Assembly (NCBI GenBank): GCA_964571855.1 | Contig: CAZNDO010000001.1 | Coordinates: 863,629 to 927,628 of the forward strand | Direction: 5' to 3' | DNA length: 64,000 bases | DNA from: an uncultured Gemmatimonadota bacterium | GTDB lineage: Bacteria; ARS69 | Shown: positions 1 to 9,725 of the stretch, piece by piece | Layout: every line of letters begins with the position of its first letter | Numbering within the stretch: position 1 is the stretch's first letter | Program-made: the position numbers and the translations under genes | The notes under the pieces: generated by a model | Told to the model about the DNA's origin: nothing | Databases searched by the model: none | The model's input: only the letters and a program-made list of their open reading frames with translations

Positions 1-1
1 C

Positions 2-478
2 GGCGAGGCTCTCTTCCACCTTCCAGTGGTGGCCGTTGAACGCCTCCTCCGGGAAGAAGAGGTTCTGCCCGTCCTGCATGTAGATCACCGGGTAGCGTTC
101 GAGACGGTTCTCGTCGTAGCCCGGCGGGAGGAAGACGCGGACGGTGTGCTCGCGCGAACCGTCGGCGGAGCGCACCGTGTGGGCGCCGCAGACGCTGCAC
201 TTCGGCTCGTCGAAGAAGTGCGGGAACACCTCCACCGGCGCGTCCACGTTCGCCAGCGCGAGGGCGTCGTCGCCCTTCGCCCAGTGCAGCACGCCGTCCC
301 GGTGGATCACCGGCTTGAAGTACGCATGCGTGCCGTCCACCGGCAGCGCGAAGTCGAAGCGTCCGGCGCCGTCCACGCGCACCGGAGCGATGTCGGTCTC
401 CCAGTCCGCGCTCGCGCGCAGGGTCATGCTTCCCCCGGCCAAGGGGTAGCGCACCCGCACGGCCACGTTCCTCGGCAT
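2..478 (-). CDS. Putative esterase / alpha-beta hydrolase, N-terminal part (runs off the window edge)
   Basis: Translated by hand (absent from the ORF track): GGAGG RBS, then MPRNVAVRVRYP...HTVRVFLPPGYDENRLERYPVIYMQDGQNLFFPEEAF. YPVIYMQDGQNLF is typical of the putative esterase family. Confidence 0.8.
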   Translation of the reverse strand, partial: MPRNVAVRVRYPLAGGSMTLRASADWETDIAPVRVDGAGRFDFALPVDGTHAYFKPVIHRDGVLHWAKGDDALALANVDAPVEVFPHFFDEPKCSVCGAHTVRSADGSREHTVRVFLPPGYDENRLERYPVIYMQDGQNLFFPEEAFNGHHWKVEESLA

Positions 479-686
479 CTCGTCCTCCCTCGTTCGAGGT
501 CCGCACGCTTCGAGTCGCCCGGAAAGGGACCGGTTTCGCACCCGCAATCGGGCGACCTGACGGAAATCAGTTTCGAGGCAGACGGATAGCAGGATCCCGG
601 TAACCGTGCGCGAGGTGCCGTATCAAACGGGCGTGTTCGTTGCCGATGAGACGGATGTCTCCCAACCCGTTCCGGAGAACACCCCC

Positions 687-1604
687 ATGACCGAACCGGC
701 CCCCGCTCCCTGGGCGCTCCTTCTCGCCGCTGGCGACGGGACGCGTCTCTCCGAGGTCACCCGCGGCAATGACGGCGTGCCCGTGCCCAAGCAGTTCTGC
801 TCGTTCGGGGGCGACGCGTCGCTCCTCGGACTCGCGCGTGACCGCGCGCGGCGCGTCGTGGCCGACGCGCGAATCGTGACCGTGGTGGCCGAGCGCCACG
901 AGCGGTGGTGGCGGCGCGAGCTGACGGGCGGGCGCAACGTGGTCGTGCAGCCGGAGAACCGCGGGACCGCCGTGGGGCTGCTGCTTCCGCTCCTCGCGAT
1001 CGCGGAGCGGGACCCGGACGCGCGCGTGTGGGTGCTGCCGTCCGACCACTGGGTGCGCGACGAGGACACGCCGGCGCGGTGCGCGCGCGAAGCGCTCGCG
1101 CGCGTTCACGCGGAGCCCGACCGGATCGTGCTGATGGGGATCGAGCCGGACGACGCGGACTCGCAGTACGGATGGGTGCTTCCCGTGGAAGCGCGCGACG
1201 ACCGGGACTTCCGGCCGGTCGCGTCGTTCGTGGAGAAGCCGCCGGTACACGAGGCCCGGCGCCTCCGGGAGCGCGGAGCGGTCTGGAACAGCTTCCTCAT
1301 CGTGGCCCGCGCGCGCGCGCTGGTGCGCCTGTACGAGCGCCGGCTGCCCGGTCTCCTGGCCACCATGCGGCGGGCGCTCGCCGCCCGGGAGCTGGCGCCG
1401 GCATACGCCAGCCTTCCCGTCCTGGACTTCTCGAAGGACGTCCTCCAGGGATCGGAGGACGACCTTCTCCTGCAGCGCGTTCCCGCGTGCGGATGGAGCG
1501 ACCTCGGCACGCCCGACCGGCTCCGGTCGTGCCTGGCGGACATCCGCACGGTGGGCACCGGCCGGACGTGGAGCTTCGCGGAGGGGGCGCAGGCGGCCGC
1601 GTGA
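687..1604 (+). CDS. Sugar-phosphate nucleotidyltransferase (mannose-1-phosphate guanylyltransferase-like)
   Basis: LLLAAGDGTRL, PKQF, QPENRGTA, LPSDH, FVEKP and WSDLGTP motifs. Start moved to ATG 687 after GGAGA. Confidence 0.85.
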   Translation: MTEPAPAPWALLLAAGDGTRLSEVTRGNDGVPVPKQFCSFGGDASLLGLARDRARRVVADARIVTVVAERHERWWRRELTGGRNVVVQPENRGTAVGLLLPLLAIAERDPDARVWVLPSDHWVRDEDTPARCAREALARVHAEPDRIVLMGIEPDDADSQYGWVLPVEARDDRDFRPVASFVEKPPVHEARRLRERGAVWNSFLIVARARALVRLYERRLPGLLATMRRALAARELAPAYASLPVLDFSKDVLQGSEDDLLLQRVPACGWSDLGTPDRLRSCLADIRTVGTGRTWSFAEGAQAAA

Positions 1605-1649
1605 CGCGCGGGGGGCACGGGGCGGCCGAGGCCGCCCCGCGGGCCGCGC

Positions 1650-4175
1650 CTACCGCGTGACGACCACCTTGCGCGTGATCTTCGCCTCGCCCGCGCGCAG
1701 CACCGCGAAGTACGCGCCGGGCGTGACGCCCTCCGTGACCCAGGTCGCGGACCGGATCACGCCGTCGGCGGTCACCGTGCCGAGATCCCGCACGAGGCGC
1801 CCCGCCACGTCGTACACGGCGAGCTCGGCGGGGCCGTCGTGCCGCGCCGCGAAGCGGAGCGTGACCGCGGCGCGCGCCGGGTTCGGGAACGGCGGATCCA
1901 GCATCAGGTTCCGCGGCTCCGCCTCCAGCCGCGTCACGTCCGTGGCGCCGCCCGTGATGGACACCTCCCACGCGCCGCGACCGTAGGTGCCGGCCACGAG
2001 CTTGCGCGCCGTGTTCCGGATCTCCAGGTCCGTGACGACCGCGTTCGGCAGCGCGTCCGAGAACGGCAGCCACGTGGTCCCGCCGTCCGTGCTCTTCCAC
2101 ACCGCCACGTCCGTCCCGATGTACCACTCGGCCGGGAACATGGGATCCACGGCGATGCAGTTCACGGGCTGCGCGGGGAGATCCCCGGTCACGTTCGTCC
2201 ACGTGGCCCCGAGGTCCGTGGTGCGCGCGACGTGCGCGCCGACCCCGTAGCCGCCGAACGTGACGAACGCCGTGCTGGCGTCCGTGGGGTGGGCCAGGAT
2301 CTTCGTGGGCGACCCGCCGGTGCCGAACCCGTAGGCGCTCGCGATCGTCCAGCTCGTGCCGCCGTTCGTCGTGCGGCGCGGCGTGCTCTCCACGGTCCAG
2401 ACCACGTTGCCGTCGGCCGGGCTGATGGAGATCCAGATGGCGGAGTGCGTGGACACCTGGCTCCAGGACGAGCCGCCGTTGGTCGTGCGGTAGATGCCGG
2501 CATTCGTGTCCGTGAAGAGCCGGTTCGAGTTCGACGGATCCAGGTCCGTGGCGGCCAGCCAGTCCCCGGAGCCCAGGCCCGTCTGGATGTTGAACCACGA
2601 GTTCCCGCCGTCCGTGCTCTTCACGTGGTTCCCGAACTGCCACTCGGAGTACACGAGGTTCGCGTCCGCGGGCGAGATGTTGCACACGAAGCCGTCGGCG
2701 AACAGGTTCGACGTGAACCAGGTGTCCATCACGACGCGGCCGGGCACGCCGTTGTCCTGCGCGCCGCCCACGATGTACTCGGGATCGGACTGCGCCACGC
2801 TGATGTCGTAGAACTGGTACGTGCCCATGCCCTCGCGGCGGGACGTCCATGTGGCGCCGTCGTCCGTGGAGCGCCAGACGCCGCCGTCCGTGCCGGCCCA
2901 CACGTTCGAGGTGGAGCCCGGCTCGTACTCCAGCACGTGGTGGTCCCAGTGCAGGGCCGTGTCCGTGCCGAGGCCGTAGCCGTCGCCCACCTCGCTGAAG
3001 TTCGTGCCGGCGTTGGACGAGGCGAAGTTCTCCACGCCGCCCATGATGACGCGGCTGGCGTTGTCCGGGTCCACGGCCATCGTGAGGTTGTACCAGCCCT
3101 GGCCGCCGCCCGCGTTCGTCGTGTTGTTCCGCAGGGACCACGTGGCGCCGTCGTTCGTGCTGCGGTACACGCCCAGCGTGCCGTACGTGGACGAGCTGGA
3201 GAGGTGGACGAAGATCGTGGCGGACGTGTTGCGGCAGACGGAGAGCTTCGCCTTGCCGATGGACGAGGACGAGGGGAGGCCGCTGGTGGTGTTGGTCCAC
3301 GTGGCGCCGTCGTCCGTGGAGACCTGCATCAGGTTCCCGCCGAACGTGCTGCCGCCGCCGATCGTGTAGACGCGGCTCGTGCCCGTCTTCCACTCCGCGT
3401 CCCAGTAGTCCCCGGACGCGCGCACCTTCGTCCACGTGGCGCCGTCGTTCGTGGAGCGCCACATCCCGGAGCGCTCCCCGGCCAGCATCGTGCCGGTGGA
3501 CGGGTTGACCTCGATGAAGTGGAAGCCGGTGCCCGAATCCACCGCGTACGTGACGTTCGTGGGACTCCACGTGCCGCCCGCGTCCGTGGACCGGAGGATG
3601 CCGACGCCGGAGACGGCATCCGCGTTCAGCGTGCCCTCGCCGGTCCCGATCACCACGATGTCGGGGTCGTTCACGCTCACGCCCACGCCGCCGATCGCGA
3701 GCGAGGGGAGTTCGTCCGTGCGCGGGCTCCAGGTGTCCCCGCCGTCCGTGGTCTTCCACAGCCCGCCGCTCGCTGCGCCCGCGTACACGGTGAGCGGGTC
3801 CGTGGGATGGAACGCCAGCGCCAGCACGCGGCCGGAGAGGTTCACGGGACCCAGCTCGAACCACGCGGCGCGGCCGAGCTGGCCGGCCTCGCGCTGCCGC
3901 TTCACCTCCCAGGCGTCCCAGCGCCGCTGCGGATCCGCCGTGACGCCGCGCTCCACGCGCGGCGTGCGGAACCACTTCGCGCGGTTGAACGGCTTCCAGC
4001 CGGTGCTCGGCCGCGTCTTCAGCTCGGGGTGCTCCTCGAAGTACCGCTCCATCCGGTCCAGGTCCGTGAGGAAGGCGTCGTGCTCCGGCGGCGGGGCCGA
4101 GGCGGCCGGTCCGGCGGTCAGCGCCAGCAGGCAGAGCGCGACGAGCGCGCCGCCTCCCGTGGGGATTCGGGTCAT
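1650..4175 (-). CDS. Secreted BNR/Asp-box beta-propeller protein (YCF48/GH74-like fold) with FlgD-Ig/T9SS-like C-terminal domain
   Basis: Signal peptide, many S/T-T-[DN]-G-G-x-[ST]-W boxes, and C-terminal PFPNP...VYDVAGRLVRDL...GAYF. Confidence 0.85.
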   Translation of the reverse strand: MTRIPTGGGALVALCLLALTAGPAASAPPPEHDAFLTDLDRMERYFEEHPELKTRPSTGWKPFNRAKWFRTPRVERGVTADPQRRWDAWEVKRQREAGQLGRAAWFELGPVNLSGRVLALAFHPTDPLTVYAGAASGGLWKTTDGGDTWSPRTDELPSLAIGGVGVSVNDPDIVVIGTGEGTLNADAVSGVGILRSTDAGGTWSPTNVTYAVDSGTGFHFIEVNPSTGTMLAGERSGMWRSTNDGATWTKVRASGDYWDAEWKTGTSRVYTIGGGSTFGGNLMQVSTDDGATWTNTTSGLPSSSSIGKAKLSVCRNTSATIFVHLSSSSTYGTLGVYRSTNDGATWSLRNNTTNAGGGQGWYNLTMAVDPDNASRVIMGGVENFASSNAGTNFSEVGDGYGLGTDTALHWDHHVLEYEPGSTSNVWAGTDGGVWRSTDDGATWTSRREGMGTYQFYDISVAQSDPEYIVGGAQDNGVPGRVVMDTWFTSNLFADGFVCNISPADANLVYSEWQFGNHVKSTDGGNSWFNIQTGLGSGDWLAATDLDPSNSNRLFTDTNAGIYRTTNGGSSWSQVSTHSAIWISISPADGNVVWTVESTPRRTTNGGTSWTIASAYGFGTGGSPTKILAHPTDASTAFVTFGGYGVGAHVARTTDLGATWTNVTGDLPAQPVNCIAVDPMFPAEWYIGTDVAVWKSTDGGTTWLPFSDALPNAVVTDLEIRNTARKLVAGTYGRGAWEVSITGGATDVTRLEAEPRNLMLDPPFPNPARAAVTLRFAARHDGPAELAVYDVAGRLVRDLGTVTADGVIRSATWVTEGVTPGAYFAVLRAGEAKITRKVVVTR

Positions 4176-4236
4176 TGTGCACCTCGATGTCCGGGCCGTC
4201 GCGGGGGGTGGAACGGCACGTGATGAGTGTCGCTGC

Positions 4237-5214
4237 CTAGCGGACGCGGATCAGCTTGCCCGTGCGCTCTTCCTGCGCGGTGCTCAGGCGGAAGAAGTAT
4301 ACCCCGGTGGCGGCGCCGAAGTCCGCTCCCGGGATGAAGAGCTCGTGCGAACCGGCGGAGGCTTCCGAGTCCGCGAGCGTCCGGAGGTGGCGGCCCGAGA
4401 GGTCGTAGAGGTCCAGGACGGCGCGGCCCTCCCGCGGGAGCGTGTACCGGATGGCGGTGCCGGCGGAGAACGGGTTCGGGGAGGCGAAGACGTGCAGCGC
4501 GTCGCCGGCGGCGCCGGGTGTCCCGCGGGCGCCGGTCGGGGCGATCGCCCCCCACACGTCCCGCGCGTCCACCCGCGCGAACAGGATGCCGTGCGCCGCG
4601 TCGTTCAGGTGGACGCCGTCGCCGCTGTCCCAGGCGCCGTTGATGGTCCCGTCCGCGTTCGCGATCGTCGTCCAGAAGTCGAGGGCCATGTCGCCCCAGC
4701 GCGCCAGCGTGGAGTCCCGCATCTCCATGAGGTTCGCGCGCGTGGCGGCCGTGGTGTTGCGCGGCTGCGTCGTGCTGATCCACACGGGGATGCCCGCCGC
4801 CGCGGCCAGCATCCCGTCGAAGTTCGCCAGCTGCGTTCCCACGGACCAGCCGTTCATCGCGTCGTTCGACGGGAGGTTGATGAGGATGGCGTCCGCGCCG
4901 AGGTCCACTGCCTCGGTGATGTTGCGCGCGGTGTCCGGCGTGGGGCGGCCCGCGGGGGGCACGAAGCCGTCCGGCATGAGGTGGTACGTGGTGTAGCCCG
5001 GCCACGCCAGGTTGGTGACGGTGCGCGCGGGGTCCACGGCCTGCGCGGTGTCGCGGAAGCGGTTCACCCACGCGCTGTCGGGGTCCGATGGGCCCATCCC
5101 GTACGCGGTGGACGAGCCGAGCACGACCACGTGGGTGCCGCCGGTGGCGGCGGCGGGGGACGCGAAGGCCGGGAGCAACGCAAGAAGACAAACGACAGCG
5201 ACGGCCGACCTCAT
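4237..5214 (-). CDS. Secreted SGNH/GDSL hydrolase with C-terminal sorting-like domain
   Basis: MRSAVAVVCLL signal peptide; VVLGSST (block I), NLPSND (block III), DGVHLN (block V); SPNPF...YDLSGRHLRTL tail. Real start is ATG 5214, not 8394. Confidence 0.85.
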   Translation of the reverse strand: MRSAVAVVCLLALLPAFASPAAATGGTHVVVLGSSTAYGMGPSDPDSAWVNRFRDTAQAVDPARTVTNLAWPGYTTYHLMPDGFVPPAGRPTPDTARNITEAVDLGADAILINLPSNDAMNGWSVGTQLANFDGMLAAAAGIPVWISTTQPRNTTAATRANLMEMRDSTLARWGDMALDFWTTIANADGTINGAWDSGDGVHLNDAAHGILFARVDARDVWGAIAPTGARGTPGAAGDALHVFASPNPFSAGTAIRYTLPREGRAVLDLYDLSGRHLRTLADSEASAGSHELFIPGADFGAATGVYFFRLSTAQEERTGKLIRVR

Positions 5215-5418
5215 CGGAAGGGCTCCTCGTGCTGGGCGAGTGGCACGGCGCCCCCCGGCGACGGGCCGGGCGGTCGCGGGATTCGTGTCCCCAAGGATGC
5301 CCGAAAACGCGCCCGCGGCGCAAGCGGGGGTGGCGCAACGCGTTGCCGGCGCGTCACCTGCGGCGCCCGCCGGTGCCGGCCCCGGCGCTTCCGCCGCGCG
5401 ATCCCGACCCCGGATGCG

Positions 5419-5424
5419 TATAAT
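5419..5424 (+). promoter_or_regulatory. Possible sigma70 -10 box (TATAAT) upstream of the BNR protein gene at 5500
   Basis: Perfect TATAAT in a very GC-rich intergenic region; no correctly spaced -35 found. Confidence 0.35.
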
Positions 5425-5499
5425 CGGAGCCGACATCCCCCCGCATGCGACCCCGGCGCGCGCTCGCCGGCTCCCGCCCACCCGGATGAGGCGACCCCG

Positions 5500-8163
5500 A
5501 TGAACCGACTCCGCGCCCCGCTCGCCGCGACCGCGATCCTCCTGACCGCCGCCTGGACCGCGCGCTTCGACGCCGCCCTTCCCGTGCCGTCCCCCGTGGA
5601 GCGGATGTCCCTCCGCTACGCCGACCGCGAGATGGAGGAGCTGCGCGAAGGGAACACGAAGGAGGAGGGCCACATCCTCGAGATGTTCGAGTGGTGGTAC
5701 GGGCAGCGCGCGTTCCCGAACGCCGAGATCCCGGCGGACGCCTGGGGACGCGCCGTGGCGTACGCGCGCGAGGCCCTCGCGCCGGAGCGCGCGGACGGCG
5801 CCGGGCCGCGCGGCAGCGGCTGGACGTCCATCGGGCCGGACAACATCGGCGGGCGCGTGCTCGCGCTGGCGGTGGATCCGGCGACGCCGTCGCGCCTGTG
5901 GGCGGGCATGGCCGCGGGCGGTCTCTGGCTCTCCACGACGGCGGGAGCCGGCGCCGACGCCTGGGACCTGATCGACACGGGCTTCCCCACCGTGTCCGTG
6001 AGCACGATCGTGATCGACCCCGCGGACACCGACCGGATGTGGATCGGCACGGGCGAGATCGGGCGGTACAACCGCGGCCAGGTGGGCACGCCGGGCGCGC
6101 GGTCGGGCTACGGGCTCGGCGTGCTGCGCTCCACGGACGGCGGCGCCACGTGGCTCGCCACCGGGCTCGACTGGACCTTCGACCAGAACCGGTGCGTGCA
6201 GCGGCTGCAGCAGGATCCGGCCACGCCGTCCGTGCTGTGGGCCGCCACCACCGAGGGCGTGTACAAGTCCACGGACTCCGGCGCCACGTGGGCGGTGTCG
6301 AACGCGGTGCTCATGGCCATGGATCTCGTGGTCGATCCGGGCGCGCCGAACACCGTGTACGCCTCGCACGGCCAGCTCGGCGTGCCGGACGACACGCAGG
6401 CCGGCATCTGGCGCACGACGGACGGCGGATCGTCGTGGGCGCGGCTCGGCGGCGGGCTGCCGACCACGAACTTCGGCCGCACCGCGCTCACCGCGTACGA
6501 GTCCGGCGCGGGGCCCGCGGTGGTGTACGCCGGCGTCTCCAGCTCCACGACGCGGCAGGTGGTGGGCCTGTACCGGACCACGAACGGCGGCTCCACGTGG
6601 ACGCAGCAGTCGTCGCAGAACTGGGCGTCCTCGCAGGCCTGGTACGACAACGTGATCGCGGTGCACCCCAGCGACGCGAACCTGGTGCTGTGCGCCGGAC
6701 TGGACATGTGGCGCACCACGAACGGCGGCGGCAACCTCACCGACGTCACCGCGTGGTACCTGGGCTACGACTTCGTGGTGCCGGCCGGCGGCCCCGAGGG
6801 CCCGCCCGACTACATCCACGCGGACTCGCACGCCATCGTGTTCGACCCGACGAACCCGGGCATCGTGTACGTGGGGACGGACGGCGGCGTCTTCCGGTCC
6901 ACCGACACCGGCGCGACGTGGGCGGGCCGCAACGGCGGGCTCGTGACCACGCAGTTCTACGCGGGGTTCGCGAACGGGTACACCACGCAGGACCTGGCGC
7001 TCGGCGGCCTGCAGGACAACGGGACGATCAAGTACCTGGGCACGCCGTCCTGGTCCAAGGTGTTCGGCGGCGACGGCGGCTGGTGCGCCATCGACCCCAC
7101 CGACGAGGACGTGCTGTACGAGGAGTACGTGTACGCGAACATGTACAAGAGCACGGACGGCGGGAACAGCTGGTTCGAGGTGCACGAGTACAACTCGTCG
7201 GTGGCGAACTTCATCGCGCCGTTCGTGCTGGCGGAGAGCAGCCCGAACGTGCTCTACGTCGGGCAGCTCGCCGTGCAGAAGACCACGAACGGCGGGGCGA
7301 GCTGGTCCTACACGGGCGGCTCGTCCAACTGGAACGGCACGCCGGTGTGCACGATCGGCGTGTCCTTCACCAGTCCGGACACGGCGCTGGCGGCCACGGG
7401 CTCGTCGTCCGCCACGGCCACGTTCGAGCTGCGCCGCACGGTGAACGGCAGCGTGTGGACGGACGTGACCGCGGGGCTGCCGAACCGGTACCTCACGGAC
7501 ATCGCGTACGACCCGAACGACAGCCGCGACGTGTGGATCTCGTTCTCCGGATACGGCACGCCGCACGTGTTCTCGTCCACGGACGCGGGCGCCACCTGGG
7601 CGGACCGCACCGCGAACCTGCCCGACATCCCCTGCCAGGCGGTGGTGGTGGACCCGGTGAACCCCGCGCACGTGTACGTGGGCACGGACCTGAGCGTGTA
7701 CCGGACCACGGACGGCGGCGCCTCCTGGCACGACTTCAGCGCGGGGATGCCGCCGGCGATGATCACGGATCTCGTGTTCAAGAAGGACGACCGGCTGCTG
7801 CGCTGCGCCACCTTCGGCAACGGCGTGTACGAGCGCGACGTCACGAGCGACCCGACCGGCGCGCCCCAGGTGGCGGCGGCCGGCGCCGACCTGCGGATGT
7901 CCGCCCCGGCGCCGAACCCGTTCCGCACGGGGACGTCGGTGGCCCTCACGCTGCCGCACGCGGCGAACGTGCGGGCCGTGGTGTACGACGCGGCGGGCCG
8001 GCGCGTGCGCACCCTGACGGACGGCGCGCGGACCGCCGGCACGGTGCGGCTGGACTGGGACGGGGCGGACGACGCGGGCCGCCGCGTGGCGGCCGGGGCG
8101 TACTTCGTGAAGGTGCGCGCGGGGGGCGAGGAGCGGTCGGCGAAGGTGACGCTGCTGCGTTAG
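5500..8163 (+). CDS. Secreted BNR/Asp-box beta-propeller protein with FlgD-Ig/T9SS-like C-terminal domain
   Basis: Start MNRLRAPLAATAILL; WTSIGPDNIGGR, repeated STDGGATW boxes, and PAPNPF...YDAAGRRVRTL...WDGADDAGRRVAAGAYF tail. Confidence 0.85.
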   Translation: MNRLRAPLAATAILLTAAWTARFDAALPVPSPVERMSLRYADREMEELREGNTKEEGHILEMFEWWYGQRAFPNAEIPADAWGRAVAYAREALAPERADGAGPRGSGWTSIGPDNIGGRVLALAVDPATPSRLWAGMAAGGLWLSTTAGAGADAWDLIDTGFPTVSVSTIVIDPADTDRMWIGTGEIGRYNRGQVGTPGARSGYGLGVLRSTDGGATWLATGLDWTFDQNRCVQRLQQDPATPSVLWAATTEGVYKSTDSGATWAVSNAVLMAMDLVVDPGAPNTVYASHGQLGVPDDTQAGIWRTTDGGSSWARLGGGLPTTNFGRTALTAYESGAGPAVVYAGVSSSTTRQVVGLYRTTNGGSTWTQQSSQNWASSQAWYDNVIAVHPSDANLVLCAGLDMWRTTNGGGNLTDVTAWYLGYDFVVPAGGPEGPPDYIHADSHAIVFDPTNPGIVYVGTDGGVFRSTDTGATWAGRNGGLVTTQFYAGFANGYTTQDLALGGLQDNGTIKYLGTPSWSKVFGGDGGWCAIDPTDEDVLYEEYVYANMYKSTDGGNSWFEVHEYNSSVANFIAPFVLAESSPNVLYVGQLAVQKTTNGGASWSYTGGSSNWNGTPVCTIGVSFTSPDTALAATGSSSATATFELRRTVNGSVWTDVTAGLPNRYLTDIAYDPNDSRDVWISFSGYGTPHVFSSTDAGATWADRTANLPDIPCQAVVVDPVNPAHVYVGTDLSVYRTTDGGASWHDFSAGMPPAMITDLVFKKDDRLLRCATFGNGVYERDVTSDPTGAPQVAAAGADLRMSAPAPNPFRTGTSVALTLPHAANVRAVVYDAAGRRVRTLTDGARTAGTVRLDWDGADDAGRRVAAGAYFVKVRAGGEERSAKVTLLR

Positions 8164-8438
8164 GCCGGGCCGGCTCCGGGCTCCGCTTCCGCAGGCAGGT
8201 CGCGGATGGCCTCCGGCGCGAGGTCCGTTCCGTTCGGCCAACCGACCGTCCCGGTCACGCCGTCCACGCGCACGCGCGCGAAGTACGCCGGATCCCGCAG
8301 CGGCTCGAAGACGGGGCCGACCAACAGGGGCAGGAGGTTGACGCGCTTGCGCATGCCGTCGCTGAAGCGCACGCGCAAGGAGTGTCCGCCGCACGGCCGA
8401 ACCTCGAGTATCCGGAGGACGTCACGAGATACCACCAC
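8160..8438 (-). CDS. DUF2442-family protein (putative antitoxin of a DUF4160-DUF2442 pair)
   Basis: ILEVRPCGGHSLRVRFSDG...GPVFEPLRDPAYFARVRVDGVTGTVGWPNGTDLAPE; lies immediately downstream of a DUF4160 gene. Confidence 0.8.
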   Translation of the reverse strand: MVVSRDVLRILEVRPCGGHSLRVRFSDGMRKRVNLLPLLVGPVFEPLRDPAYFARVRVDGVTGTVGWPNGTDLAPEAIRDLPAEAEPGAGPA

Positions 8439-8440
8439 GA

Positions 8441-8701
8441 TCACTCCAGGGGCGGGACGGGAAGCAACGGAAGACCGCGCCGTGCCCGGCGCCAGTTCCG
8501 CGCCAGCGCGTGTGCGTGGAGTGTACTCCACTCGCGCACCATGGCCAGCGCCCGACGGGGCAAGGCGCCCGCGAGGACCTCTCCATCGGCGACTCGAATC
8601 GCGGCCTGGTCGGAGCCGTAGATCGCGTGGAAGTGCGGCGGCTCGTGATCCCGTCAGTAGATGTAGATCGAGATGCCGAAGAACTCCGAGATCCGCGGCA
8701 A
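8441..8701 (-). pseudogene. DUF4160-family gene with in-frame TGA at codon 16
   Basis: Hand translation from TTG 8701: (M)PRISEFFGISIYIY*RDHEPPHFHAIYG...VREW...H...NW...PPLE*. The internal stop is at 8654-8656 and the frame is otherwise intact. Confidence 0.75.
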
Positions 8702-8815
8702 TGAGGCCCCCCGGTCTTCCCGGGAACCGGCCTGCGGAGGCGCAAGGCGGCCCGGAGCCGTACGCTGCCGGCGGGCGCATGTTCGTCAATCCCGCGCGGG
8801 AACATCCGGTCCTGT

Positions 8816-8844
8816 TTGACACACCCCGGGGCCGTTGCTAGCCT
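8816..8844 (+). promoter_or_regulatory. Sigma70-type promoter of the pspA-like operon
   Basis: TTGACA (8816-8821), 17-nt spacer, TAGCCT (8839-8844) preceded by an extended -10 TG. Confidence 0.6.
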
Positions 8845-8917
8845 GCCGCAAAATCCGTACCAGACGCCGCACCCGCTCGCGGCCGAAGGGGCCGTCCTCG
8901 ACGCGAAGGAGCCTCTC

Positions 8918-9673
8918 ATGTGGAACCGGGTCGCCAACCTCTTCAAGGGCTTCCTCAGCCTCTTCATCTCCGGCATCGAGCGCGAGAACCCGCGCGCGCT
9001 GATCGAGGTGGAGAAGGAGAACCTGCGCAATCAGATCGCCCGGTTCAACGACAACCTCGCCACCCACGCCGGCTTCTGCGAGCGGCTGCTCCGGCAGGTG
9101 AAGAACCTGGAGACGCAGGAGCGTGATCTGGCCGCGAAGGCGGCCGCGAACCTCAAGGTGGGGAACCGCGGCCCGGCCGCGCAGTACGCGCTGCAGCTCA
9201 AGACCGTGAAGGAGCAGCTGGAGGAGAACCGCGCGCAGCTCAAGGCCGCGGAGGAGACCTACACGAAGCTGGTCCAGGCGCGCGACGTGTCGGTGCGCGA
9301 TGCGCAGGCGAAGATCGAGAAGCTGAAGCGCATGCTGACCGAGACGGAGATGATGGAGGCGCAGGCCGAGCTGCAGGAGATGGCCACGGGGATGATCTCG
9401 TCCATCGGCGGCGCGGGCGAGACGATCAACCGCGTGGAGGAGTACCTGACCGAGCGGCACGACAAGGCCGCGGGCCGCGCCCGCGTGGCCGGCTCCACGA
9501 TGGACACGTCCAAGGTGCAGCTGATGGAGGCCGAGCAGCAGGCGCTCGCGGACCAGGCGCTGAGCGAGTTCGCCGCCGCGTACGGGCTGGACGTGCCCCC
9601 GGCGGAGGCGGCCACGGAGGCGCCCGCGGCACCGCCGCCCGCGCGCGACATGGGACCGGTGAAGGAAGGCTAG
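8918..9673 (+). CDS. pspA: PspA/IM30 (ESCRT-III-like) family protein
   Basis: MWNRVANLF amphipathic N-terminus, ENPRALIE (cf. EDP in PspA), long coiled coil and KAAGRARVA; AAGGAG RBS before ATG 8918. The symbol denotes the family, not proven orthology. Confidence 0.8.
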   Translation: MWNRVANLFKGFLSLFISGIERENPRALIEVEKENLRNQIARFNDNLATHAGFCERLLRQVKNLETQERDLAAKAAANLKVGNRGPAAQYALQLKTVKEQLEENRAQLKAAEETYTKLVQARDVSVRDAQAKIEKLKRMLTETEMMEAQAELQEMATGMISSIGGAGETINRVEEYLTERHDKAAGRARVAGSTMDTSKVQLMEAEQQALADQALSEFAAAYGLDVPPAEAATEAPAAPPPARDMGPVKEG

Positions 9674-9725
9674 GGACCCGCGGGCGCACGCCGCACGGCG
9701 GCCCGACTGACGAGGAGGGAAGACG

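Noticed and set aside
3436-8394. Very long ORFs 3436..8163 (+) and 4237..8394 (-)
   Set aside because: Only their 3' parts are real genes (5500..8163 and 4237..5214). The extensions are stop-poor antisense shadows of opposite-strand genes in GC-rich DNA.
8654-8656. Internal TGA as selenocysteine or evidence of an alternative genetic code
   Set aside because: TGA terminates many genes in this window, the family position is not normally Cys, and I recognised no SECIS-like hairpin. A nonsense mutation or sequencing error is simpler.
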